Source of the DNA: Neolecta irregularis DAH-3
Lineage: Eukaryota
Length of the DNA: 33,921 nucleotides
Assembly: GCA_001929475.1 (NCBI GenBank)
Contig: LXFE01000507.1
Coordinates: forward strand, 1 to 33,921
Direction of reading: 5' to 3'
Made by a program: the position numbers and the translations under genes. Below the pieces are notes generated by a model, which was given only the letters and a program-made list of their open reading frames with translations, was not told where the DNA came from and searched no databases. This document shows, piece after piece, positions 9,850 through 20,750 of the stretch (the first letter of the stretch is position 1; each line of letters begins with the position of its first letter).

Positions 9850-11547
9850 CTAAAACGCTCTTGATCCATATCCAGGCCTGGCATCTCTATGTCCTCGGCC
9901 ATATGCAGGATACGTCCTTTCGCCATATCTTCTTACTTCTGGCGCTGGTCGATAAACCTCAGGGCTTCGAGACCTTCTTCGAGTAACAGCTGCCGCTTGG
10001 ACTCGATCATAGGATCTATTTCGATCCTCATATTCTCGAGGACCAGTTGAACCTCTATAATGGTTAATAGGAATCGCTCGAGCTCGATGATCCACATCAT
10101 ATGGAGGGAAAGCGGGCCTTCGATGATAATCTTCAAATCTCTGGCCTCGATAATTTCTTGACAATGGTGGTTCAACATACCCACCCCGATCATATCGAGT
10201 ATCAATCATAGCCCGTCGAGTATAATCGCCTCCAGCTGGAGAAAGTGGTTGTCGAGGGTATTCGTAAGCTGGTGCAACATCGTAACTTCTTATGGCATCT
10301 TGACTATATTTGGGTTGAGGAGCATACGTGTCCCTTTGATACCCATAACCTGTTGTTCGTTCACTAAAGCCTGCTTTCTCCAAGCTAGGTTTAATCTCAG
10401 TCGGACTTGAGCCTGTCACTGCGCCAGGACGATAGCAATTCCAGTTTTTCTCAGGCTTTCCAAGCTTATAAGACAAAAATTTCATTTTCTCGTACTTCCT
10501 TCGTCGATGTTCGACTTTTTCTTGTTCGGTGAATTCATGTTGATGATGCCCACCAGCAAGTCTATCGTCCCAAGGATGTCGAAACTCGTCTTTCTGATGC
10601 GAATAATGCGAAGATCGGTCTAAATGATCAAAGTCCATCTGACCTTCTTCTGGATTTCCTCCCTTGTGTCTCGAATGATTCGAGTAGTTTGACAATCTCT
10701 TTCCATTTCTACCATTATCGAAAAAGGATTCGTTGGCATTATCAAAGCCGTCCCTGCTTCTGATGGTACTTAAAGTTTGCTCATCTCTTAATTTAAGAGT
10801 TGGGTCATCTGTTGTAGTAGTTAGCTGACTAGCTTGCGACATTCGTGATTGATTTTGGCTGCCAGAAGTATTTGGTCTTGTGCTCGCCTTGCTTGAAGCA
10901 GGATCATTCGTATATACAACGTTGGAAGGATGTCGCGGGTTGACGTGAATGCTACTCGATCGCGGAAAGGACGCGTGGTGATCGTTATCGGGAGAATCTT
11001 TTCGAGGCCCAACATGTTTCGGACCAGTAGGAGCTCCCTCTACCATAGGCGGTGTCCTTGATTTTGGACCTCTTGGAACTCTGGAGACCGAGAGAGTTGC
11101 TTTTGGGCCGTGAGGAATTTCCCTTTCAGTCTTGCAATCCACAGATCGACTTGCGGTACTGAGAGTGGGACTCGTTGTAATAGGAAGAGGAGGACCATCC
11201 TCTACATATTTGCCAATGCCATTCGAAAAGGCCATCACTATGCTAGAGTACCGGCCTTCCCAATTCTTCGGGCCGGTAAAACTGTATTTATTCAAAGGCG
11301 CTTGGTTTGGCTGGTAAGACTTGGACATTGATGTTACGTCCGTGCCTTCGGCTGATCCTACAGTTTTGATTTTATTCTTTTCTCTCGCTTTGATCACTTC
11401 TTGAAGACGCTGCTTTTCTTTCTCGAGATTTCGCAATTGAATGGCGTTATTCTCGTAGTCTGATTGGCTAGGCTTTACCCCGTTAATAAATAACGCAACT
11501 TCTTCTTCAAAAGTAGTTTCGGGCTTTCTATCCTGATCTTCTGTCAT
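9850..11547 (-). CDS. Intronless low-complexity hypothetical protein (565 aa): N-terminal coiled coil, xxGP[KR] repeats, R/D/Y-rich RS-like C-terminus
   Basis: Long uninterrupted ATG ORF containing RRRSRSPE and many YD/YR/RY dipeptides. No catalytic motif recognised. Confidence 0.75.
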   Translation of the reverse strand: MTEDQDRKPETTFEEEVALFINGVKPSQSDYENNAIQLRNLEKEKQRLQEVIKAREKNKIKTVGSAEGTDVTSMSKSYQPNQAPLNKYSFTGPKNWEGRYSSIVMAFSNGIGKYVEDGPPLPITTSPTLSTASRSVDCKTEREIPHGPKATLSVSRVPRGPKSRTPPMVEGAPTGPKHVGPRKDSPDNDHHASFPRSSSIHVNPRHPSNVVYTNDPASSKASTRPNTSGSQNQSRMSQASQLTTTTDDPTLKLRDEQTLSTIRSRDGFDNANESFFDNGRNGKRLSNYSNHSRHKGGNPEEGQMDFDHLDRSSHYSHQKDEFRHPWDDRLAGGHHQHEFTEQEKVEHRRRKYEKMKFLSYKLGKPEKNWNCYRPGAVTGSSPTEIKPSLEKAGFSERTTGYGYQRDTYAPQPKYSQDAIRSYDVAPAYEYPRQPLSPAGGDYTRRAMIDTRYDRGGYVEPPLSRNYRGQRFEDYHRRPAFPPYDVDHRARAIPINHYRGSTGPREYEDRNRSYDRVQAAAVTRRRSRSPEVYRPAPEVRRYGERTYPAYGRGHRDARPGYGSRAF

Positions 11548-11961
11548 AGGACTGGATAAAGAAGTCAGATCTAGAAATAAAGAGCGAAATACACGATTAC
11601 TAGCCTAAATATGATATAACTCAAGAACCTGTTGAAACAATTCCTTGATATACCTTGATAAGCATATGTCTTTTTAGAGATAGTACTGTATGTGTGTCTC
11701 GCGATCCGAGATAGAACTTGAAAACACGGTGTGGTGGAGTTGATGGTGGTTGGTAGCGGGGAGGAATCTCAGATGAGTGAAACGCCTCCAGGCATGAGTC
11801 GATGGCGTAACTTATATGCTTATTATATTACTGGCAATGTGTAGAGCGTAGTCCAAATGGATTGCGTAAGAGACTGGTGGAAATGAAAAATGTTGCTTTC
11901 TCACAAATCTTGTTATAAGACTACCATGGATATGTAGAATATCAGTGCGTTATAGACGACC

Positions 11962-11997
11962 AAACATGTTTTCAGAGAAGTCAAGGAAAACATGTTT
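11962..11997. repeat. Perfect 12-bp inverted repeat; each arm holds the palindrome AAACATGTTT
   Basis: AAACATGTTTTC (11962-11973), a 12-nt spacer, then GAAAACATGTTT (11986-11997). Confidence 0.75.
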
Positions 11998-12289
11998 AAT
12001 AGTTCTATACAGGCTAACGGGTTGTAACGTTCTTGTTTTAGTATTATAGAACTTGAATTGGCCAAAGTCTCTATTTATCAGCCATGTCTTTGTAATTTAT
12101 AGAGAATTCGGCAATAAACCAGAGCACTACAATATATATGGAGGAGCGATAAAATTTAAACCTGACAAATGAGTTCTCGCAAATTTCGTCATCGCTGTTA
12201 ACTTGTTTCCCTCACGCAGTAACAATTGTCATTCCATTGCCCAACCACCTACGCGCATCCCTTTCCATCCTGCTAAAATACTATCAAAC

Positions 12290-14222
12290 ATGTCTGAAGC
12301 TATGTATATCTTTCCTTTTCACATCTATGAAAGTTAAACTGACACCAAGATTGCGCTTGGCCGGTATTTCCGGCCATGTGCGATCGCTCGATAACAGTGC
12401 TGGTTCGTTCATCTCACATACTTGAGACATATATAGCTAATACTCTTACGCAAAGATCTCGGCCTAATCGGTCTCGCTGGTACGTTATTATATTCCTTTA
12501 ATGGCATTGCTGATCGTGTTAGTTATGGGGCAGGTATGTAATCGCCTTGTCCTGGTTTAATCATGTACTATAGAACCTGGTCCTCAACGCCAATGACAAA
12601 GGATTTATTGTTGGTATACATTCAATTCAAAAGTTACACGGTCTAATCTGTGGCTAGCTGTTTTCAATCGTACTGTCTCCAAGGTTGACCACTTTTTGGA
12701 GAACGAAGCCAAAGGTAAAATATTATCATATTTTGGAAGCTCAAATCGAACAGGGACAAATATTGTCGGTTCTCATTCGATAGAAGAGTTATGCTCTCTG
12801 TTGAAGCGACCCCGTAGGGTTATGCTTCTTGTCAAAGCCGGTTCGGCCGTTGATGACTTCATTGCCAAACTCTTACCACATCTTGAGGAAGGAGATATCA
12901 TTGTTGACGGTGGTAACTCTCACTTCACTGATACCAACAGAAGATGCGATGAGCTCTCAAAGCGCGGAATCCTTTTCGTCGGCTGCGGAGTTAGTGGTGG
13001 AGAAGAAGGTGCTCGAAATGGTCCAAGTTTGATGCCTGGAGGCAACGAAGCTGCATGGCCTCATATCCGAGAAATTTTCCAAAAGATTTCCGCTCATACT
13101 GATGGAAAACCATGCTGTGAGTGGGTTGGCTCTGTAAGCTCCAAGATGTTCTTACAGAAACGTACTCAACCCCAAGGGTGGTGCCGGTCATTACGTGAAA
13201 ATGGTTCATAATGGTATCGAATATGGTGACATGCAAGTCATTTGCGAAGCTTATGACTTGTTGAAACGTGGTCTTGGAATGCATGAGAATGAAATTGCGG
13301 ATGCATTCACCGAATGGAATAAAGGTGTCCTCGACTCTTTTTTGATTGAGATTACCAGCGACATTCTTAAGTACAACGACAAAGACGGGGCACCTCTCGT
13401 CTGCAAGATTCTCGATACTGCTGGCCAGAAAGGGACCGGGAAATGGACCGCTATATCTGCTCTCGATCTCGGTATGCCAGTTACCCTCATAGGAGAAGCT
13501 GTCTTCAGTCGATGCCTATCATCTATCAAGTCAGAACGGCATGTAATTAGTGAAAGATTGTTCCTGACTTTAGTGTTCGAGCAAGCCGAATTCTCTCCGG
13601 CCCACGTCCAGAATACCACGGAGACAAAAGTAATTTCATCGCTCAACTCGAACAAGCCCTCTATGCCTCAAAAATCATATCATACACTCAGGGATTCATG
13701 CTGTTTCGAGAAGCAAGTAAGACTTACAAATGGAACCTTAACTACGAGTCTATTCCTCAGATGTGGACTGATGGATGTATTATTCGTAGTGTTTTCCTCC
13801 AAGATATCACCGCTGCTTTCACCAAGAATCCAGAATTGGAAAACTTGCTCTTTGATCCGTTCTTTAAGAAGGCTATCGAAACGGCTCAAAATAGTTGGAG
13901 GCAGGTGGTCGCTCAAGCTACCTTATGGGGAATTCCTTGCCCTGCTTTTAGCACTGCCCTGAGTTTCTTTGATGGATATCGAAGCGAACGAGTATATATT
14001 TTCAAAGCTTCTATTGACAAATTTAGCTCCCAGCTAACTTGCTGCAAGCTCAACGAGACTACTTTGGAGCTCACACTATCCGAATACTCCCGGAATGTGT
14101 TTCAGAATCACTTCCAGCTGATGAAGGTGCTTTGCATCGATTGTTAGGTCTAATGTACAGATATCCATATCAACTGGACAGGACATGGCGGAAACGTCAG
14201 CGCGTCCACGTATCTCGCCTAA
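12290..14222 (+). CDS. gnd1: 6-phosphogluconate dehydrogenase (decarboxylating), 10 introns, with 5' micro-exons and two possible acceptors in intron 1
   Basis: [113 protein letters not shown]. Confidence 0.97.
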
Positions 14223-15572
14223 ATATTCGACGCATTGTGTTTACTGCCACTTTATCCATTGCTCAAAAACTGAAATTGAATTATGAGAAATCAGACTTTG
14301 CCACCCTGCGAGCTTGTCTTTTCATGCATGAAACTTAAATTTGTCTTACAAAAGAGGCTTCGTTAGATTTCCTGGATAAAAGATCTCTGTCACAAATAAC
14401 CGGCCCCGTTTCCGCATCCCCTGATTTGCAAGTGCCTTCAACTGTCTTTGACCATTCCCAGCGTCACTCGTAGGATCTTTTCTTTGAGAAATCCACCATT
14501 AAAGTGGAGACCCGAAATGAAGATCGTGGCTGACTTGGGCCCTATAATGCGCTCGAGATTCCTGCTGTCAAAGTTCCCAAAATAGTAATAGACGACAATT
14601 GGACGGATTACTGGCGACGGGGCAAGTAGAATTGACCCGTAGCCACTCGATACCGAGTACTCCAATCCAACTCAACCCGGATTTCCTGAAAAGGTATTTC
14701 ACGGCATTAAAGAAAAACTCTACGTGACTCTCAGCTGTTATCAATCTCTTTTCTACAACGTTCTTACTCACCAACGGCCCCATTTGATACACTTTGAGGA
14801 CGAAAACCATACCTGTTGATGGTTGAGGGGCATGAACGCCGCTCGGATGACTTCGTCGTCAAAGATATTTGAAATTATGGTTGAAATCCCAAAGCTCCAG
14901 GCTACAAGACTTCCGAGTCTACGATTTGATAGACTGCATGCATTCCGTCGGGGTGACAAAGAAATTTGGAGAAAAGTTCAGGATGTGTTCTGCCCATAAT
15001 AAGAAAAAGATGTATAATGTGAAGCTTTTTATAATCATGGCCCTGATGAGCATTGATGTGAATTAATCGAAGGAGTGAAATGATTGTCTCGAGCAGCGAT
15101 CATATCCCTAACTCCGATAAAGGTACCTGGACACGAAGCTTTTCTGTCCATGTTATTTGTTGTGAATTTTTCAAGGCATAAATGGACAGACAGAATCACT
15201 TAAATGAAGAATCAAGAATGATATTGTTTGCATTTCAGATTCGCGTTTTCTTCTCGTGTGAAGATTGGAAACTCGCTCCAGTACTGTTGGAATACCACCT
15301 CACATTGTTGAACCAATGAACGAGAAAGGTTGATGTCCTAGAAAAGTATGGAAATTAGACCGAAAAATAGCCCGGTTACGCATGTTTCAATGCTTCAAAT
15401 CGTGTTGAAAACCCCGCTAGATCATAGTCGTTGTTCGCTTGGAATTTACAGAGGGTCAGGTTGAAAAAGTAAAAATGACAGCAAAGTAGGCGAGACTATA
15501 GATCCGGGCAAAACAAACCGGAAGGTCCAAGTAAAGTTTCACTAGGTACATGGCTCGATGGCTGTAGAAAGC

Positions 15573-16327
15573 TCAGCCACCCTTTTTCTCGTTTGCTTTT
15601 CGGGATTCTTCCATGCGTCTGCGTTCACCTTCTAACTGCACATTTCAGAGATGGGTAAACGACGGATGTACTCACGACTGTTCTCACTCTTCCCAGTCCA
15701 TTGACATCATTCCGGAGACTTTTGGTTGCATTTGCAGTGTAAGGGGGATCTACGATGATGTCGTCTAACACGGCAATACTCTTGCCATTCCATTTACAAG
15801 GCAGACTATAAACAATAAGAGCAAGTGGATGTAGGCTTGTACGTCTTTGACAAGGCCATGAATATTGCACGGCCGTCGTTGGAGACTCCGTTTGGAATTT
15901 GGGAGATGGATGCCCGTGCATTTTTAGCCTTTGGATTGCCTTTGACCTCTAGGGATGGGAGCGAGATAGGGCCAATTGCAGGAACTGCAGTCGTGAAGGG
16001 CGCCGCTGTTTCCTCTGCGGATTTCTGGACGGGTTTTTCGAGAACCTGGACGCTTTCGAGATGAGAGATCTTCCACGTATGGACTGTGCAAGCGTGCAAC
16101 ATGGTATTTACCGCAGGACTGGATCCCGTATTTAGTTCTACAGCAGAAAAGAGCGTGATGGTGTTTGAGGCGGCATCGAAGGCGTATACTCTGCCGCAGA
16201 TCTCGTCGCGAAAAGCGGTGATGATCTTTATTCTGCACCGTCAGCCATGAACGGAAGTAATGGCGGCGTGCTTCAGACCAATAACCCAATCCACGGTAAA
16301 CAAATGGGACGACTGCGGCGGAGGCAT
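15573..16327 (-). CDS. LSM12: Lsm12-like protein (Lsm fold plus anticodon-binding-like domain), 3 introns
   Basis: MPPPQSSHLFTVDWVIGLK|IKIITAFRDEICGRVYAFD..GVSNDGRAIFMALSKT|LPCKWNGKSIAVLDDIIVDPPYT..RVRTV|LEGERRR..KKGG*. Confidence 0.85.
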
Positions 16328-16462
16328 TGCAGTTGTTCCCGCAGTGCAGGAGACTGGTGAGTCTGGCGCTGAGTCTCAGATTTCCCATGTGTCAGGGATC
16401 ATCACGTGCTCAGCCACTCGCTTCCTACCCGCGCCTTCCCGCCAACTGCGCCACTGAAAACA

Positions 16463-19400
16463 ATGAAACAGCGAATTTCGTCGCTTGATCTGCGCGCTCT
16501 TGCACATGAACTACACCACCAGATCGTATCTTTGCGCCTGCAAAATATCTACGATCTAGGAAACAGCCGCTCTTTCATCTTCAAGTTTGCCCGTCCTGGT
16601 CTCAAACATGTGTTGCTCGTCGAATCAGGTTTCCGCCTCCATTTGACCGACTTCGTGCGCGATAAATCTGCGGCCCCCTCAGCATTTTGCGCAAAGGTAT
16701 GACTCTATATTGCCGGGATTGCTGGGAGCTAATGGTATCGCCAGCTGCGTAAACATATTCGTACTAGACGCCTCACTGGGCTTTCGCAGATAGGAACAGA
16801 TAGGGCCTTGAAGCTCACTTTTGGTGGATATGACGATCCTCTCCGGAACTACAATGTCATCCTCGAGTTCTATGCAAAAGGAAACATCGTCCTTACCAAT
16901 GGAAACATGACCATTCTGGGAATCTTGCGGTTGGTCACCGTTGAAGAAGAAGGGGAACAGCAAAGATATGCTGTCGGTGAGAAATATAAACTTGCTGAAA
17001 GGCAAGAGTTTCAACCAATGACCCGCGAACGTCTGCTTGATCTCGTTGCCAAAAGATTGTGCGAAACTGTCGACGAAGAAGTTGCAAACCCCCTTCAAAG
17101 AACCAAGAAGAAACGCTCAAAAGCCAAAAATACTCTTGCCAACATTCTTGGTGTGCATGCAAGCGAGTATGGCGCGGCTCTTGTCGAACATGTTATCTTA
17201 AAGTCTGGAATAAACCCAAATGCAAGTTTGGCCGATGTCGACTGGAATGCAGACAGTCCCGAGATATCTGCTTTGCTCAGTTCATTCAAAGAGGCAGAAC
17301 AAATCATCAACACCTGTTCTCAGCCATGCTTGACAGGATTCATCATTGCCAAGAAAGAAAACCGCGATCCTGCTAAAAACGAATCGAGTGGCTCTACACA
17401 AGAAATCCTACTTTATGAAGAATTCCACCCCTTCCTGCCCATACAGTTTGCCGACAGATCCGATATTTCCATAATAAAATTCGAACAAGGTTTCTCACAC
17501 ACTACAGATGTGTTCTTTTCGACACTCGAAGCCCAAAAGCTCGAATCCCGCTTGCGTCAAGCTCATCTCACAGCTGAAAAACGTCTTCAAAGCGCACGTG
17601 AAGAACACTCTCAGCGAGTGCAAAGTCTCAAGTTAGTCCAAGAAGTCAACATAGGAAAGGCTCGGGCTATTGAAGCGAATTTAAATAGAGTTGATGAAGC
17701 TGCGGCTGCCGTCTCTGGACTTGTTGCCCAAGGGATGGATTGGATGGCTATCGAGACGTTGATAAAATTGGAAAAGACAAACAGCAATCCCGTTGCCGAG
17801 ATTATTTGTCTACCATTAAAACTAGCCCAGAACTCTATTACCTTGGCTCTTACTTTTGGTGATGATGACGACGAAGAAAGCGATTCAGGCATCGACGAAA
17901 CCGAAAGCGAAGCCAGTGACTCTGAATCCGGATATGAGATTCGAATACGAGAAGTGCTTAAAGTTGACATTGATCTCTCGATCTCAGCCTGGGGTATGTT
18001 TAACCATAGGCCTTTATTAATGCGTAGCGAACGCCCGAAATTACTACGGAAAGAAACGTCAAGCTGCAGCCAAACAAGAAAAGACCGTTCAGTCATCTTC
18101 CAAAGCTCTGAAATCCACAGAAAAGAAAATCGCTGCCGATCTCAAGAAGAGTCTTGCCCAAGAGAAACAACTCATGCACCCCATTCGCAAGACGCAATGG
18201 TTTGAAAAGTTTTATTGGTTTATTTCTAGCGAAGGCTATCTTGTACTGGGGTATACCTCCTTTCGCAGCCCTACAAATATTCCTAACAATAATTTGTAGA
18301 GGTAGAGACGCTCAACAAAATGAATTGCTTTACAAGCGCTATTTTCGCAAAGGAGACATCTACGTGCATGCAGACCTTCAGGGCGCTTCTAGCGTAATTA
18401 TTAAAAACACATCGCAAACTGCCCCAATTCCACCTGGGACATTATCTCAAGCCGGACTGTTCAGTGTCGCTACTTCAAAAGCTTGGGATGCTAAGATTCT
18501 TACTTCGGCATGGTGGGTTCATCATGAGCAGGTAAGTAAGACAGCTCCCACTGGAGAATATATCACCACTGGGTCCTTTATGATCCGAGGGAAGAAAAAC
18601 TTTTTGGCACCTGCTCCTTTAGTCATGGGTTTTGGCATTTTATGGGTTTTGGATGAGGCAAGTAGAGATAGACATCTCAAGAGACGACTTGAACGAGAGC
18701 AGAGAACTGAAGAGAGAGAGAAGGATTCTGTGGCATCCCACATCAATGACAAAGAGTACTCTTCGATACAGCAATCAGCAAATATCGACCCACAATCACA
18801 GAAAACAACTGATGCATCTCTAGAATTGTCTTCAGTCCTGCCAACAGATGATAATGAAAGGAATGGAATGACCGCAAACGACAAATATGATCTCGCAGAC
18901 TATGGAGACGAGATATCCCTTCCCTCATTCTTGCAACCAGTCCAACCTTCGACCTCTGGGAAACCACACATTTCCGCAAGACAGCGTCGTGACATGTCGA
19001 AGGCTCAAATACAGGGCGTCCTGCCATCTAGTCCTTTGGATAGTGGGATTTCAACGCCCATCTCGGAGGCAGATCCAGATGGAATACCTGTAGCACTCAC
19101 TCCAGAGGAACTGGATCGGTCTGGCGCAGGATTATCAAATGGTCCAACACGTAAAGAACATCGAAAACCTCAGGTTCGCGGGAAGAAAGGCCAGCAGAAA
19201 AAAGCCCAGAAATATGCAGATCAAGATGAAGAAGAACGGCAATTACGAATGCAACTTCTTGGAGTAGCAAGACAAACGCAAACTAGCGTGCCACAAGAAA
19301 ATCCCACATTCAAGAAGAAACCCAAGATTGATAGAGAGGCGAAACAACTGTTAAAGGAAGAAAATATCCAAGTGTTGAATGAAGAAGAGGAAGCGAATTT

Positions 19401-19814
19401 AACCCTTTTGGATAATTTCACTGGTTTTCCTTTGCCGGATGACGTATTGTTAGGTGCTATTCCTCTCTGTGGTCCTTATGCGGCTATGGGAAAATACAAG
19501 TACAAGGTATTCCCAGGTCTTATTTCACATTTCCTCTAAATGTTGTAGGTCAAACTTATACCAGGGAGTATGAAGAAGGGAAAAGCAGTCAAGGCTCTCT
19601 TGTCACATTTCGCGAGCATGACGATTGGACAAGATAGTGAAACCGCTAGCCTTACAGAGCTGGAACTAGTAAAAACTATTAAAGGTATTTATTTTGGTCA
19701 TGTGTTTCTTATGCTTTAGACGCCGAGATGTGTGTTGGCATTGGCAAGATGAAAGTGATGACTGGAAAATCGGACTCTTCAAAGGGTAAAGCTAAGGGAA
19801 AGGGAAGAAGGTGA
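16463..19814 (+). CDS. RQC2: Ribosome quality control subunit Rqc2/Tae2/NEMF (NFACT-N, coiled coil, NFACT-R, NFACT-C), 5 introns
   Basis: MKQRISSLDL..RLQNIYD..LLVESGFRLHLT..FCAK|LRKHIRTRRL..GTDR; WFEKFYWFISSEGYLVL; GRDAQQNELLYKRY..YVHADLQGASSV; QVSKTAPTGEYITTGSFMIRGKKNF; KYKYK|VKLIPG. Confidence 0.95.
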
Positions 19815-19911
19815 TATAAAGGGGAAGGTCAATACAGATATGATTGAATTTATTTATACGCTCTACATATGCAAAATAAAAAAGAATATCATTGAATCGG
19901 GTCGTAATCTC

Positions 19912-20548
19912 CTATTTGAGAAGGAAGTCATCATATTTGTATGACTGATATGCTTCTCGAGCTAGTGACCTCTCGGTGACCATGATATCCGTTTGAATAT
20001 CTTGTATCAATTCATCTTCCAGTCAGCAACAATTGAGATCTCAAGGACACACCTAAACCAGGGTAATCCTGCTCTGTACGAATGAATCCTAAAACAACCG
20101 CTCTCAGCTCTTTACCGTAAAAGTCGTCCTCGAATTTATGCATGATATGCACTTCCTGGCCAATAAACTGTAGATTGCTCATGGGAGCATACAGCAGATC
20201 TAGTTTTATTATTATAAAAGGGATTATAACCCAAACTCATGCACTATCGAGTCAATACCGCACTTTGACTCCAACGCACCATTGGAAACACCTCGCTGTC
20301 CTCCTTACGGTCGTTTATGACCCTCGCCCACCCGAAATAAACACCCGACAGCATTTCCTGTAGGGCACGTGGTATGACTCTTGGCGATACATTTGCTGAT
20401 TTAAATATGACGTGTAAGATGAGACTATACCTGTAGGGATTCCCAATTCTTTCGATCCGCGACCGAATCCTTTGATTACCGAACCGATAAATTCAATTGG
20501 AAAGGGTTCATCTAGAATATCTGGGCCAACGATTTGAGCACGAGTCAT
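19912..20548 (-). CDS. FMN1: Riboflavin kinase, 4 introns
   Basis: [77 protein letters not shown]. Confidence 0.95.
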
Positions 20549-20750
20549 TATTCAACCGACTAGTATTGTCTGCGACACTGCTTCCGCAAGAATGTTCTGG
20601 CCCATGTCTTATACACATCGTGGCAATAATGATATATATAATCATAACTCACGTAGTTATTCTGTATCTATATTGTTATCATCAAGAATGCTATCTTCAC
20701 GTCCAAGACAGTTCCCCGCACTGTGCACCTCGCTCACTGTCACGACTCCC

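Noticed and set aside
15924-16388. 154-aa ORF as the Lsm12 N-terminus
   Set aside because: Wrong frame; the Lsm fold is recovered from ATG 16327 with the 39-nt GC-AG intron.
16402-16408. TCACGTG E-box between lsm12 and rqc2
   Set aside because: A single 7-mer is expected by chance in 34 kb, and there is no supporting evidence.
20592-20750. N-terminal extension of Vtc4 from upstream in-frame ATGs
   Set aside because: SPX domains normally begin at the MKF methionine (20751), and the extension fills the shared fmn1/vtc4 promoter.
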